Below are positions 1 to 8,581 of a stretch of DNA of 64,000 nucleotides, in pieces. The stretch covers positions 32,001 through 96,000 of IMG/VR virus record IMGVR_UViG_2879998633_000003; one strand, written 5' to 3'. Position 1 is the stretch's first letter, and every line of letters starts with the position of its first letter. Both the position numbers and the translations under genes were made by a program. A model generated the notes under the pieces. That model was given only the letters and a program-made list of their open reading frames with translations, was not told the origin of the DNA and did not search any database. Source of the DNA: a virus (Duplodnaviria; Caudoviricetes).

Positions 1-127
1 GCAGTGGGCGGCCGCCCTGGACATGCTCAAAATGGATGCCATGCACGGCTTCATTCATTCGTGACTGACCATCCGTCTCCAGAACGGTCAAAACGCCATC
101 AACGTATTCAATTTTGAAACTCTTCAT
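1..127 (-). CDS. Phage hypothetical protein, 5' part only (MKSFKIEYVDGVLTVLETDG...), runs off the window
   Basis: ATG overlaps the HNH stop (ATGA); frame open to the window edge. Confidence 0.5.
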   Translation of the reverse strand, partial: MKSFKIEYVDGVLTVLETDGQSRMNEAVHGIHFEHVQGGRPL

Positions 128-486
128 CGGGTTCTCTCTGTTGCTGTTTTCTTGCTGTGGCAGGTCCAGCACAATGACTCCAGATTAAAGTCATCATCGG
201 TACCGCCATGAGCTTTAGGAATGATGTGGTCGACACTTGAGGCTTTCGTGGCAATACCGTCTCGCCTGCAGTTCTGACAAAGGTATTTATCCCTCTTCAT
301 GATACGGGCCCGTTTAATTTCCCACGGTCGACCATAACCACGTTCCTGCCGAGTTTTTCCGGGCTGGTAGTTACGCCAGCCATCACCAGCGTGTTGCTGC
401 CGATGCATCTCACAGTATCCACCGACATCATTGGTCACAGTCGCGCATCCTCTGTGCCGGCAAGGTCGTTTAGCTCGTGGCGGCAT
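124..486 (-). CDS. HNH endonuclease (packaging-associated, HK97 gp74-like)
   Basis: CQNC...VDHIIPKAHGG...NLESLCWTCH motif; located between lysis and packaging genes. Confidence 0.9.
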   Translation of the reverse strand: MPPRAKRPCRHRGCATVTNDVGGYCEMHRQQHAGDGWRNYQPGKTRQERGYGRPWEIKRARIMKRDKYLCQNCRRDGIATKASSVDHIIPKAHGGTDDDFNLESLCWTCHSKKTATERTR

Positions 487-634
487 AAGCATCCTCGAGC
501 ATGAGTTGAGGGAGAAGAGTTAAAGCGGTACTGTCGATGGGAAACTCTGAAACGGGCAGCGATGAGCAGGACAATCCGTCACACTCAATCCCCTCCAGCT
601 TCTCGTCTACGTATGCAATTTTTAAGTTCTTCAT
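470..634 (-). CDS. Small hypothetical protein (54 aa, MKNLKIAYVDEKLEGIECDG...)
   Basis: Manually translated; AAGG RBS; N-terminus resembles the ORF at 1-127. Confidence 0.4.
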   Translation of the reverse strand: MKNLKIAYVDEKLEGIECDGLSCSSLPVSEFPIDSTALTLLPQLMLEDAYAATS

Positions 635-810
635 CGCGTTACCTTTTGCGAATAAAAAAGCCCCGCAGATGCGAGGCTACTGGTTAAATATCAGGGTGTT
701 ACTGTGAAAGCTCAGAGTGTAAGGTTGCGGCTCAGCCTATCTGTGGTGGGACACAGTTAAACATTGTACTTGCAGAGGAATGGCTGATTAGCTCTGCTTA
801 AGGAATAGAT

Positions 811-1011
811 ATGATCAAGAAGCATATACGCCTAGAAATGGAATCAAACGCCCAAACAATCGACGAATTGAACAAGGAAATTGGGCAATTGAAATGTGTC
901 GTTGGTTTTTTGATGACTCAATTAACACCTGATTCCAGGCAGGCTGTCATTGATAACTTGAAAGAATTTGGACTAAATGATTCAGCCAAGGAATTTACTC
1001 AGTTCCTTTAA
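811..1011 (+). CDS. Small hypothetical moron protein
   Basis: AAGGA RBS; AT-rich; opposite strand to the late operon. Confidence 0.5.
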   Translation: MIKKHIRLEMESNAQTIDELNKEIGQLKCVVGFLMTQLTPDSRQAVIDNLKEFGLNDSAKEFTQFL

Positions 1012-1621
1012 AAATTGCCAAACCTACTATATTAATTTTCCAACCTTGTGAATGATTGGGTTGGGTCTCAGGCGTAATAGTGGATTCATCCCTTTCGCCT
1101 GAGACAGATTCAAATCTTGAAAATGTAAGTTTTAGCGTTTTCATGTTGTTGTTCCTCATTTTTATCCCCGACAAGGGATATCGGTTATTTTATCCCTTAT
1201 CGGGGATAGACGTTCGCGCCGATTCGTAAATCCGCTCACAGGTCATTCCTGTTTCCCCTGATTGGTTTTATCAAATATTTTCGTCCAGGATGTCCTCAAA
1301 CCATTAAACCGACTAAAAAAAGGCCGCATAGGTATGCGACCTTTGGTTAGTAACAGTTAGAAACCTAAAATCTCTCAGGAGCCACCCGGGAGAGATTTTC
1401 TGCTTGCTAAATGACCTCTGCCGTTTCGGTGTTGGCTGGCAGTGGTAACGTGAGGATAGCTTCATTTCAGCCATCGATATCATTTAAATGGATGAATAGC
1501 TTATTAGACCAGTAATTCGCGATTCTCAAGAACATTAACCAGAACAACAGACGTCTGTGCTTATTTTTTTAGCGCAATGATCCGTTAGTCACCAGTAACT
1601 AACATATTATTCGATGGTTCC

Positions 1622-1819
1622 TTAGACAGTGACCCATAAATCTAATTGTTTAATGTACCATTGGATGGGCACACAAATAACCACACCATCCCCAAAGTTA
1701 ACAGATTTGATAACACACCCTTGTGGCGGAAAAAATTCCGCACCAGTCTGGGGCCGGATCGAGCGCTCAATGCCGTAACGATAACCGCATGGTAGTTGTG
1801 GTAGTAAGTTTACTGTCAT
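1622..1819 (-). CDS. Phage hypothetical protein
   Basis: ORF in late-operon orientation downstream of the spanins. Confidence 0.45.
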   Translation of the reverse strand: MTVNLLPQLPCGYRYGIERSIRPQTGAEFFPPQGCVIKSVNFGDGVVICVPIQWYIKQLDLWVTV

Positions 1820-1968
1820 GAGTGGCTACTTAGTTAAGAGTGGTTTGAGATCCTATAGTGCATGACATCCCCTGAATTAGATACAAACATTTCGATGCTG
1901 AAAGCTTGAATGTCTTGTTTTCAGATTTTTTGTTCACTTAAGGCCACTTATTTCATGTGCTATGCCTG

Positions 1969-2211
1969 TTACTTACTCACCGCCCGATAGTACGCCTGCC
2001 AGCGATACTTATCCAAACGGAGCTGGCGCAGGCATTGAGCGGTTTCTACATCAGACTGTAAATCTTCATCGCTGTCATTCCCTGCGTCACTTGCTTTGCA
2101 CGGCGGACTCATCAAATCCGGGGATGGAGTTGGCAGCATCGATGGCGCGCTGACGCAACTGCACAGCAGCATCATCAAACCTACACACAGTACGATTCGG
2201 AGACTGAACAT
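1969..2211 (-). CDS. Outer-membrane spanin (Rz1-like lipoprotein)
   Basis: Lipobox-like LLCSC, Pro-rich linker, overlaps the i-spanin 3' end. Confidence 0.75.
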   Translation of the reverse strand: MFSLRIVLCVGLMMLLCSCVSAPSMLPTPSPDLMSPPCKASDAGNDSDEDLQSDVETAQCLRQLRLDKYRWQAYYRAVSK

Positions 2212-2437
2212 ATTTCACCACGTCGCGGGTTATTGTTTTGTAGATGACCTTACCCGCTTCGTTAGCAGTCGCGGCCTTTTCCTCTACAGGCTTAATGGCA
2301 TTCTCGGCCTTCTCTCTCTTCTTCGCAGCCTGAGCATTGATGTGATCAGCGTGGGAACTCCATCCCATACGCCATGAAATGGCACAGGACATTAGCAGGA
2401 TTGCTATTGCGATGATAACGGCGGTTAAGCGACTCAT
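2087..2437 (-). CDS. Inner-membrane spanin (Rz-like)
   Basis: N-terminal TM plus coiled coil, directly after the endolysin. Confidence 0.8.
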   Translation of the reverse strand: MSRLTAVIIAIAILLMSCAISWRMGWSSHADHINAQAAKKREKAENAIKPVEEKAATANEAGKVIYKTITRDVVKYVQSPNRTVCRFDDAAVQLRQRAIDAANSIPGFDESAVQSK

Positions 2438-2931
2438 CTTTGCTCCCATAAACACACTTCACGCTCAATTTCCCTCCGGGTAATAAGTCCTTTCCACTGC
2501 TTACCTTTGGCATAGGTCCAGCGGCGCAGCTGATCACACGCACCTTTCTGGTCACCCTGGTTGATTTTGCGAAGCAGAGTAGAGGTCTGGAAGTTCCCGG
2601 CTCCGACGTTATAGGCGAATGAGTACAGAGCCCCACGCATTGTTTCTGGGATCGGTTTTTTGATGTAAGGGTTGATCTGCCAGGCGACGGTATTCAGGTC
2701 TTTATTTAGTAGCGCCCGACACTCTGCCTCGGTATAGGTTTTGCCGAGCATGATGTCTTTACCTGCGTGGCCGTAGCAAACCGTCCAGACACCTACCACA
2801 TCCTGATAAGGGGAGTATCGCATTCCCTCAAGCCCATCATTACCCATCGGGCCAGTGATGAGTGCAGAGGCAATCGCCAGGGCCCCGCCGCCCACCGCCG
2901 CAAGAACAGTTTTACGTAGTGTCGGAGACAT
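2434..2931 (-). CDS. SAR endolysin (phage 21 R-type lysozyme)
   Basis: Gly/Ala-rich N-terminal SAR helix; E-8aa-D-5aa-T triad ([17 protein letters not shown]). Confidence 0.93.
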   Translation of the reverse strand: MSPTLRKTVLAAVGGGALAIASALITGPMGNDGLEGMRYSPYQDVVGVWTVCYGHAGKDIMLGKTYTEAECRALLNKDLNTVAWQINPYIKKPIPETMRGALYSFAYNVGAGNFQTSTLLRKINQGDQKGACDQLRRWTYAKGKQWKGLITRREIEREVCLWEQR

Positions 2932-3146
2932 TATTCACCTCGAGCAGCTTTTCGCCGGTCTTCTTTAATTTTGAAGTACAGATTCGTCAGGTATGTCAGC
3001 AAGCCAAATACCAGACTTCCCAGAACACCAATAGCGGCCCACTGGGATGGGGATACTTTGTCGAGCAATTGCAACATCCAGAACCCCGCGTTACCTGCGG
3101 ACGTTCCGTAGGCAATACCTGTTGTTAGCTTGTCCATTCGATACAT
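2931..3146 (-). CDS. Pinholin (phage 21 S-type, dual start M-Y-R-M)
   Basis: [15 protein letters not shown]...[13 protein letters not shown]...; GGAGG RBS. Confidence 0.93.
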   Translation of the reverse strand: MYRMDKLTTGIAYGTSAGNAGFWMLQLLDKVSPSQWAAIGVLGSLVFGLLTYLTNLYFKIKEDRRKAARGE

Positions 3147-3189
3147 ACTCCACCTCCGGATTAACGGGGTGCTTTGTGCGTGTAGGGGG

Positions 3190-3278
3190 TCAGGCCCATC
3201 GGGCTGATTTAACAACGAGCCGTATCGATGATGATTCCCGTGAGCCTGAAACGAAAAAGGCCACGCAAATGCGCAGCC
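3190..3278 (-). repeat. 89-bp terminator + hairpin element upstream of the holin, near-identical to 57514-57602
   Basis: Direct comparison: TCAGGCCCATCGGGCTGATTTAACAACGAGC...CCCGTGAGCCTGAAA...GCGCAGCC. Confidence 0.85.
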
Positions 3279-3368
3279 TCTGAATAGGTGCCGCACAGTG
3301 GCGGCATATTTCCCCTTCTGTTATTGTAGGTTTGCGAAGACTAACAACCAGCAAGAGGAAAATTCTAT

Positions 3369-3476
3369 ATGAATAAAACTCGTCAAGTTGTAGGTGACCA
3401 TATGCCGCCTGGACTTAGACCTAAACCAAAACCTGCGCCTGCAAAGCCACCGGCTGCACCCGCAAAATCTAAATAG
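3369..3476 (+). CDS. 35-aa Pro/Lys/Ala-rich peptide (MNKTRQVVGDHMPPGLRPKPKPAPAKPPAAPAKSK)
   Basis: AAGAGGA RBS; ATG to TAG; manual translation. Confidence 0.45.
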   Translation: MNKTRQVVGDHMPPGLRPKPKPAPAKPPAAPAKSK

Positions 3477-3483
3477 GTGATTT

Positions 3484-3560
3484 ATGTGCCGAGACGACGT
3501 GATTTTTGATCTTCATTACTCTTATTTTCTTGAAAATATGTTTTCTACCCTAATGGGTAG
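3484..3560 (+). pseudogene. 5' stub of a moron gene (MCRDDVIFDLHYSYFLENMFSTLMG...) truncated by IS1
   Basis: AGGTG RBS; frame runs into the IS1 left end; no continuation after the IS. Confidence 0.45.
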
Positions 3561-3615
3561 GGTGATGCTACCAACTTGCTGATTTAGTGTATAATGGTGT
3601 TTTTGAGGTGCTCCC

Positions 3616-3891
3616 GTGGCTTCAGTCTCCGTCTGCTGTCCCTCCTGTTCCGCTACTGAAGGCGTGATGCGTAATGGCAAAAGTACTGCCGGGCATCAAC
3701 GTTATCTCTGCTCTCACTGCCGTAAAACATGGCAGCTCACCTTCACTTATGCCGCTTCTCAGCCCGGTACACACCAGAAAATCATTGATATGGCTATGAA
3801 CGGCGTCGGTTGCCGTGCCACCGCACGACTAATGGGCGTGGGCCTCAACACCATTTTGCGCCATTTAAAAAACTCAGGCCGCAGTCAGTAA
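3616..3891 (+). CDS. insA: IS1 InsA
   Basis: CPSC...[16 protein letters not shown] zinc finger plus HTH. Confidence 0.95.
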   Translation: MASVSVCCPSCSATEGVMRNGKSTAGHQRYLCSHCRKTWQLTFTYAASQPGTHQKIIDMAMNGVGCRATARLMGVGLNTILRHLKNSGRSQ

Positions 3892-4313
3892 CCTCCCGGA
3901 TACAGCCGGGCAGTGATGTCATTGTCTGTGCGGAGATGGACGAGCAATGGGGCTACGTCGGTGCAAAATCACGTCAGCGCTGGCTGTTTTACGCGTATGA
4001 CAGGATACGCAGGGCGGTGGTAGCCCACGTTTTCGGTGAACGCACTATGGCCACACTGGAGCGTCTTCTGAGCCTGCTGTCAGTTTTTGACGTGGTGGTA
4101 TGGATGACGGACGGCTGGCCGATGTATGAGTCACGTCTGAAGGGAAAACTGCACGTCATCAGTAAGCGTTACACGCAGCGAATTGAGCGACACAACCTGA
4201 ATCTGAGACAGCATCTGGCAAGGCTGGGCAGGAAGTCCCTGTCGTTCTCAAAATCGGTGGAGCTGCATGACAAAGTCATCGGGCACTATCTGAACATAAA
4301 ACACTATCAGTAA
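3810..4313 (+). CDS. insB: IS1 InsB (DDE transposase, expressed as an InsAB' frameshift fusion)
   Basis: [23 protein letters not shown]...[15 protein letters not shown]. Confidence 0.95.
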   Translation: MPCHRTTNGRGPQHHFAPFKKLRPQSVTSRIQPGSDVIVCAEMDEQWGYVGAKSRQRWLFYAYDRIRRAVVAHVFGERTMATLERLLSLLSVFDVVVWMTDGWPMYESRLKGKLHVISKRYTQRIERHNLNLRQHLARLGRKSLSFSKSVELHDKVIGHYLNIKHYQ

Positions 4314-4460
4314 ATTGGAGTCATTACCCTGCCAGCCAATTATCTCAGAGTGAAAGCCAAAAAATTCCAATTAAGCGGTAAAAAATAAAAATTTTTTCGA
4401 CAAAATCTCATCAAAAGTCACTTTTACAACTTTCACTAAAAGTCACTTTTCAAGCAGAGT

Positions 4461-4522
4461 TCGGCGATATGACAGGGGTACTGATGCAGCGCATCTCGCG
4501 AATACCCCTGTCGTATCGCCGG
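4461..4522. other. Long hairpin (~20-bp stem) downstream of the Q-like gene, next to a terminator-like hairpin at 4528-4553
   Basis: TCGGCGATATGACAGGGGTA / TACCCCTGTCGTATCGCCGG. Confidence 0.7.
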
Positions 4523-4672
4523 AAAGCAAAAACCCCGCATGCGCGGGGTCTTCGTTATATTCAGATTGTCGCTTTTTGCCGCTGCCGAGTGGCGCAGCTC
4601 TGCCAAGCATGAAGGGATTATCTGATTTTCTGGCCCGTTTTCAATACCAAAAAGGGGGAATAGCACTTTTTG

Positions 4673-5275
4673 TTAATCCACATGAATCGCCTTATGAACA
4701 GCCAGGAAAGCTTTTGCTCTGAATATTTCTAGGCACCAGCGCACTCTTTTCCGGGCCTCACTGTCTGTTAACCATGGAGCCACCAGCTGTAATTCCCGTG
4801 TTATGTCTGAGATTTTTTTACGGGTGGTGTAATAGTTAACGCCAACGAGATAAACCGGATCGCCCGTTTCAAATATCGCCAGTACACATCGTTCAACAAA
4901 TTCAACATCATCCTCAGTGATCGCAGCGTCAATGGCGAGCGTTGCAGGCTTCGGCCACAAAATGGCATGCGCCCTGCTTAGTGCCTGCCGCCCGCGATAG
5001 CCTTCACTCCTTGCCTGCTCGATTGCTGCCGTAAAGCGCTCTAATGCTCTATCTGACCAGTGATCACCCTTCATACCTCGCCAGCATGAATGTCCTGATG
5101 GTTTGCGCGGGGCCGCACCTCCTCTCATACCTTCTCCCCATACAGTAAGCAGAGATTTTATCCAGGCGGACTGAATGCCATTAAGGGGAGTGAATCGGCC
5201 CAGCCAGCTTTTGCGCGGGGCGGCGGCCACTGTTTCTAATCCTGCACGGTGTAGACGGCGTTGACGTGGTGTCAT
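4673..5275 (-). CDS. Late antiterminator Q-like protein (DUF1133-like)
   Basis: Position between DUF968 gene and lysis cassette; WIKSLLTVWG motif; C-terminal HTH-like region. Confidence 0.65.
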   Translation of the reverse strand: MTPRQRRLHRAGLETVAAAPRKSWLGRFTPLNGIQSAWIKSLLTVWGEGMRGGAAPRKPSGHSCWRGMKGDHWSDRALERFTAAIEQARSEGYRGRQALSRAHAILWPKPATLAIDAAITEDDVEFVERCVLAIFETGDPVYLVGVNYYTTRKKISDITRELQLVAPWLTDSEARKRVRWCLEIFRAKAFLAVHKAIHVD

Positions 5276-5291
5276 TCTGTTCTTCTCCTTA

Positions 5292-6323
5292 CTACGCCAG
5301 AACGCCGAGCGAGTATGCCCGGTCCAGCAATTTAATAATCAATACCGGCTGGGTGCCGTATTCACGCTCAAAAGCGGCAGGGTCATGGTGCAAAGCACGG
5401 TGGTGCTTGCGGCATAATGGGATCGTAAAAACATCGTGGGCCTTGGTGCCTACGCCGCCCTGCCCCCAGCCAATAAGATGGTGTGCATCATCTGCAGGCT
5501 GCCCGCAGCACATACACGGTTGTGTTTTAACCCATGAGATAAAATCAGCTGATAACCATCGGCTCCGCTTAGGTCTCGCGAATAGTGTCGCCGGAGCAAC
5601 AGGATCGACGTTCACAGGAACCAGAGGTTTGCCCGGCGTTGTTATTGCCGTTGGCTTGATTGTTTTTTCGAGACGGGGAGAAAGAATACTGGTGGCCGGT
5701 ACCGACGGAACAATCTCACTCTCCCTGTAAACCGATTTAATGCCATCGTCTTTAATACGCAGGGATCGGCGCGCCATTTCTTCTGTAATTTCATCGCCAA
5801 TCCCGGCGCCTACCGCCCACCAGCATAGCTCCGCCAGTGACAATGAGCGCTGAGCGTCCAGACCAAGCGCGATGCGGACAGTGTCGATTACCCAGTCAGC
5901 GTTGTTAACACCTACCAGTTGATCGAGGGTTTGTTCCGTTTGGTTTTTCAGCTCATTATCACAGTGCCAGCATGCGATTATTACACCCGTCGAATGGCGA
6001 AACGGGACAAGCTCATGGTGATGGTAATCGGAATGTTTCCACTGACAGTTTTTAACCTGCCTACGCAACCATGACTCGAGGGCACTAACCCCACCAGCTG
6101 CAGTGATAACTGCCTTCTTCATGAAAAAAGGTCTGATCCCCATATCATCCCGCAACGGCTGCCGGGCATCAGGAAGACGTCCGCTGGGTATCTTTTTCAT
6201 GCTTGCCGGCGGCATTTCAACAAGAACCCGGCCGGCACCGAATAACGGCATTAATTCACTACCCGGCTTAAGCAGCACAATTCCAAGATGGCGTGCAATA
6301 TCCACGTTAAGCAAAGCTCGCAT
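5292..6323 (-). CDS. YdfU/DUF968 family protein
   Basis: MRALL start; WVKTQPCMCCG...HHLIGWGQGGVGTKAHD...PLCRKHH. Confidence 0.85.
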   Translation of the reverse strand: MRALLNVDIARHLGIVLLKPGSELMPLFGAGRVLVEMPPASMKKIPSGRLPDARQPLRDDMGIRPFFMKKAVITAAGGVSALESWLRRQVKNCQWKHSDYHHHELVPFRHSTGVIIACWHCDNELKNQTEQTLDQLVGVNNADWVIDTVRIALGLDAQRSLSLAELCWWAVGAGIGDEITEEMARRSLRIKDDGIKSVYRESEIVPSVPATSILSPRLEKTIKPTAITTPGKPLVPVNVDPVAPATLFARPKRSRWLSADFISWVKTQPCMCCGQPADDAHHLIGWGQGGVGTKAHDVFTIPLCRKHHRALHHDPAAFEREYGTQPVLIIKLLDRAYSLGVLA

Positions 6324-6526
6324 CAGTCCCTCCACATCTTCTGTATGTAGGTCCTGTCAATCCGTGGCGGCTTCTTCGATTCCGGCAACAACACGCGGAT
6401 CTCCCACGATGCAAAGTCTCTGGATAAGCTCTTCTCAACCACACAGTTATTTTTACGGTATCGCTCCACCAGCTCTGTAGCCTCAGTCTCTGAAAGCTGC
6501 TCGTGTAAAAACCAACTTTTCTTCAT
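6323..6526 (-). CDS. Phage hypothetical protein (67 aa)
   Basis: Translationally coupled to both neighbours. Confidence 0.7.
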   Translation of the reverse strand: MKKSWFLHEQLSETEATELVERYRKNNCVVEKSLSRDFASWEIRVLLPESKKPPRIDRTYIQKMWRD

Positions 6527-6915
6527 GGCTGATCACCGAACAGTCGCAAAAACTCAATCGCTCTTTCCCGCGCTCCGGGTTCTTCAGCGATCATTTCCTG
6601 CAGCAGCTGCACGGCGAGCATAGGCTCCTTTCGCCCGACGATGGAAATTCCTCTGGAGACACGGCGAGAGAGTTTTATAAAATTTTTTCTCTCTAACGCA
6701 CGCAGATGCAACAGGACAGCATTAGACGAGCTAACGCCGAGCATATCGGCCAGCTCAGATAGCGTAGGTGGGTAGCCATGCTGATTGATGTAGGCCACCA
6801 GCAGATCGAAAACTTCCTGCTGGCGAAAAGTTAGTTTTGAAGACGAAAGCAAACCGGCGCTCGCTGAAGGAGCACCAGTCTGATGGGATTTTGATACTTC
6901 GGGGGTTTGCGTCAT
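6523..6915 (-). CDS. LexA-like DNA-binding-domain protein without peptidase domain
   Basis: LTFRQQEVFDLL...GYPPTLSELADMLGVSSSNAV..HLRALERK...SRGI matches the LexA N-domain; GGAGAG RBS. Confidence 0.85.
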   Translation of the reverse strand: MTQTPEVSKSHQTGAPSASAGLLSSSKLTFRQQEVFDLLVAYINQHGYPPTLSELADMLGVSSSNAVLLHLRALERKNFIKLSRRVSRGISIVGRKEPMLAVQLLQEMIAEEPGARERAIEFLRLFGDQP

Positions 6916-6955
6916 GGTTTCTCTCCGCGACGCAGCAGGTATAGGTTGTTCAGGC

Positions 6956-7246
6956 CTATGACGGGATTGTAACAGAACCAGGCGGAACCTGGTAACCAAC
7001 TCCAGACTTTGCCTTTTCAATCATCTGTGAAAATAGAGAGAGAGTCCCCACGATCTCATCCGGCTGCAAAGGCATAAACGAAACAGTATCGCCGCGCCGG
7101 TACATCAGAGCGCGCTCACACACAGGAAAGGATGTCAGACGAGCAACGATCACCCCATCGTCGCATCTGATAATTGCATAGCCGGTGTTCGGCATTTCTT
7201 GTTTTTTACTCACAGCAAAATCCTCAAAGTAAACCAGGCAAGCCAC
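6956..7246 (-). CDS. Small protein in the dinI operon; candidate SOS-induced antirepressor
   Basis: Directly downstream of dinI under a LexA box; function inferred from synteny with Gifsy dinI-gfoA. Confidence 0.5.
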   Translation of the reverse strand: MACLVYFEDFAVSKKQEMPNTGYAIIRCDDGVIVARLTSFPVCERALMYRRGDTVSFMPLQPDEIVGTLSLFSQMIEKAKSGVGYQVPPGSVTIPS

Positions 7247-7257
7247 TGGACCTCAAC

Positions 7258-7491
7258 TTAACAGAACCAGTCATCAGCGCTTTCCCAGGTGTCCTGCAGG
7301 ATTTCCTCTACACGTTTTTTATCTCCGTCCATTCCACCAAGCACGGTCAACCCATCAGAGTTGGCCCGACGAATCACAAGACTGCAGTTATTAAAGTTTT
7401 GATCCAATCGCCGCAGTAGCTCCTTCTCCAGAGCAGGCACAGCGCCATCTGGCAATTTTTTTTGGCGATCAATTGTGATTTCCACTTTCAT
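7258..7491 (-). CDS. dinI: DinI-like protein
   Basis: MKVEITID...PALEKELLRRL...ILQDTWESADDWF. Confidence 0.9.
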   Translation of the reverse strand: MKVEITIDRQKKLPDGAVPALEKELLRRLDQNFNNCSLVIRRANSDGLTVLGGMDGDKKRVEEILQDTWESADDWFC

Positions 7492-7512
7492 AACTAGCTC
7501 CTCACGCAAGTA

Positions 7513-7528
7513 CTGTATAAATAAACAG
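7513..7528. promoter_or_regulatory. LexA (SOS) box upstream of dinI
   Basis: CTGTATAAATAAACAG matches CTG-N10-CAG. Confidence 0.9.
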
Positions 7529-7942
7529 TATACTTGTTAGGTGAAATGTTCAAGCGTTTAATGCCACTTTTCGCTAACCCATGCTCATGTTTAGATTGAT
7601 CTTTTCTCCACAAAGGACGAAATCCGCTATCACAGGGATACAGTCATTTTTGTAGTGATCAACACCGTTGATAAGAAACGTTGCTACTTCTGGCGTACAC
7701 CCGAATTTATTAAGATGGTCAGTAGACACGTGGCAATGTAAGTATCCCTGCAAAACGAACCATCAATTTTTAAAGGGCCTCTGGCGCTCTAGATTCCGCT
7801 CTTAGCACACAGGGGATGTCCAGGGCTCGGGGGTACTCCCCTGGACGCATGGCCCAGATTGACCATTATGATTTTTTATGGTTTTGTGAAGATAAAAATA
7901 ACGACAGAGCCAAAAAGACTAAAATTGAAGAGGAGCACTACC

Positions 7943-8176
7943 ATGAGCAACCCAGAAATAAAAAATAAGGGCCATGAACCTCCGGATGGTCTTCCTCGTT
8001 ATCGTCTCCTGACAGGTAAGGATGACGCTAAATTTTGTCATCGAGTTTCAGAAGCACTGGCGCTTGGTTATCAACTGTATGGTTCCCCCGCCGCGACGTT
8101 TAATGGGCAGGATGTGATTGTTGCCCAGGCTATCATATGGCCTGAGGTACAGCAGAATCAGGCTTCGTGGCAATGA
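7943..8176 (+). CDS. DUF1737-family protein
   Basis: RYRLLTGKDDAKFCHRVSEALALGYQLYGSP...AQAI; GAGGAG RBS. Confidence 0.75.
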   Translation: MSNPEIKNKGHEPPDGLPRYRLLTGKDDAKFCHRVSEALALGYQLYGSPAATFNGQDVIVAQAIIWPEVQQNQASWQ

Positions 8177-8581
8177 GTGGGCTCACAGCGTCCGGAATCC
8201 GCCCGGTGCCGTAAATCACCGCAAGGTCTGTCATAAGGTAATTTCATCACGCATCGCGACACCTTTTTCTTTACGCAGGCCTTCTCTTTCACTGTTTGTC
8301 AGAACTGTGGACCGCAGTAATCTCCACTCCGTGATTTAATCAATGAGAGTGATGACGGGTGCAAATTAAACTACCTTTCTCAACAGCAAAGGCGGAATAA
8401 CCCTACCCTCGCAGGATTTCTGCGTCTGGTAATATACCCATGACCGTCTCTAAGACCGCTTAGAGCGAAGAGCGGACATTGCCTTTATGGCATCTTTCGG
8501 CTATATAATATTTTATTAATATAAATAAAGCTAAAGCTCTCTAACTTTAGCTTTCCTTTTTACTCGGCATAATTAAATATT

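Larger units (their letters stand above)
3561..4328 (+). mobile_element. IS1-family insertion sequence, 768 bp
   Basis: Ends GGTGATGCTACCAAC / TTGGAGTCATTACC; insA-insB with A6C shift site at 3867-3873; flanks do not match, so no target duplication. Confidence 0.97.

Noticed and set aside
2931-3296. 121-aa version of the holin ORF
   Set aside because: The extension crosses a terminator and hairpin; the RBS supports a start at 3146
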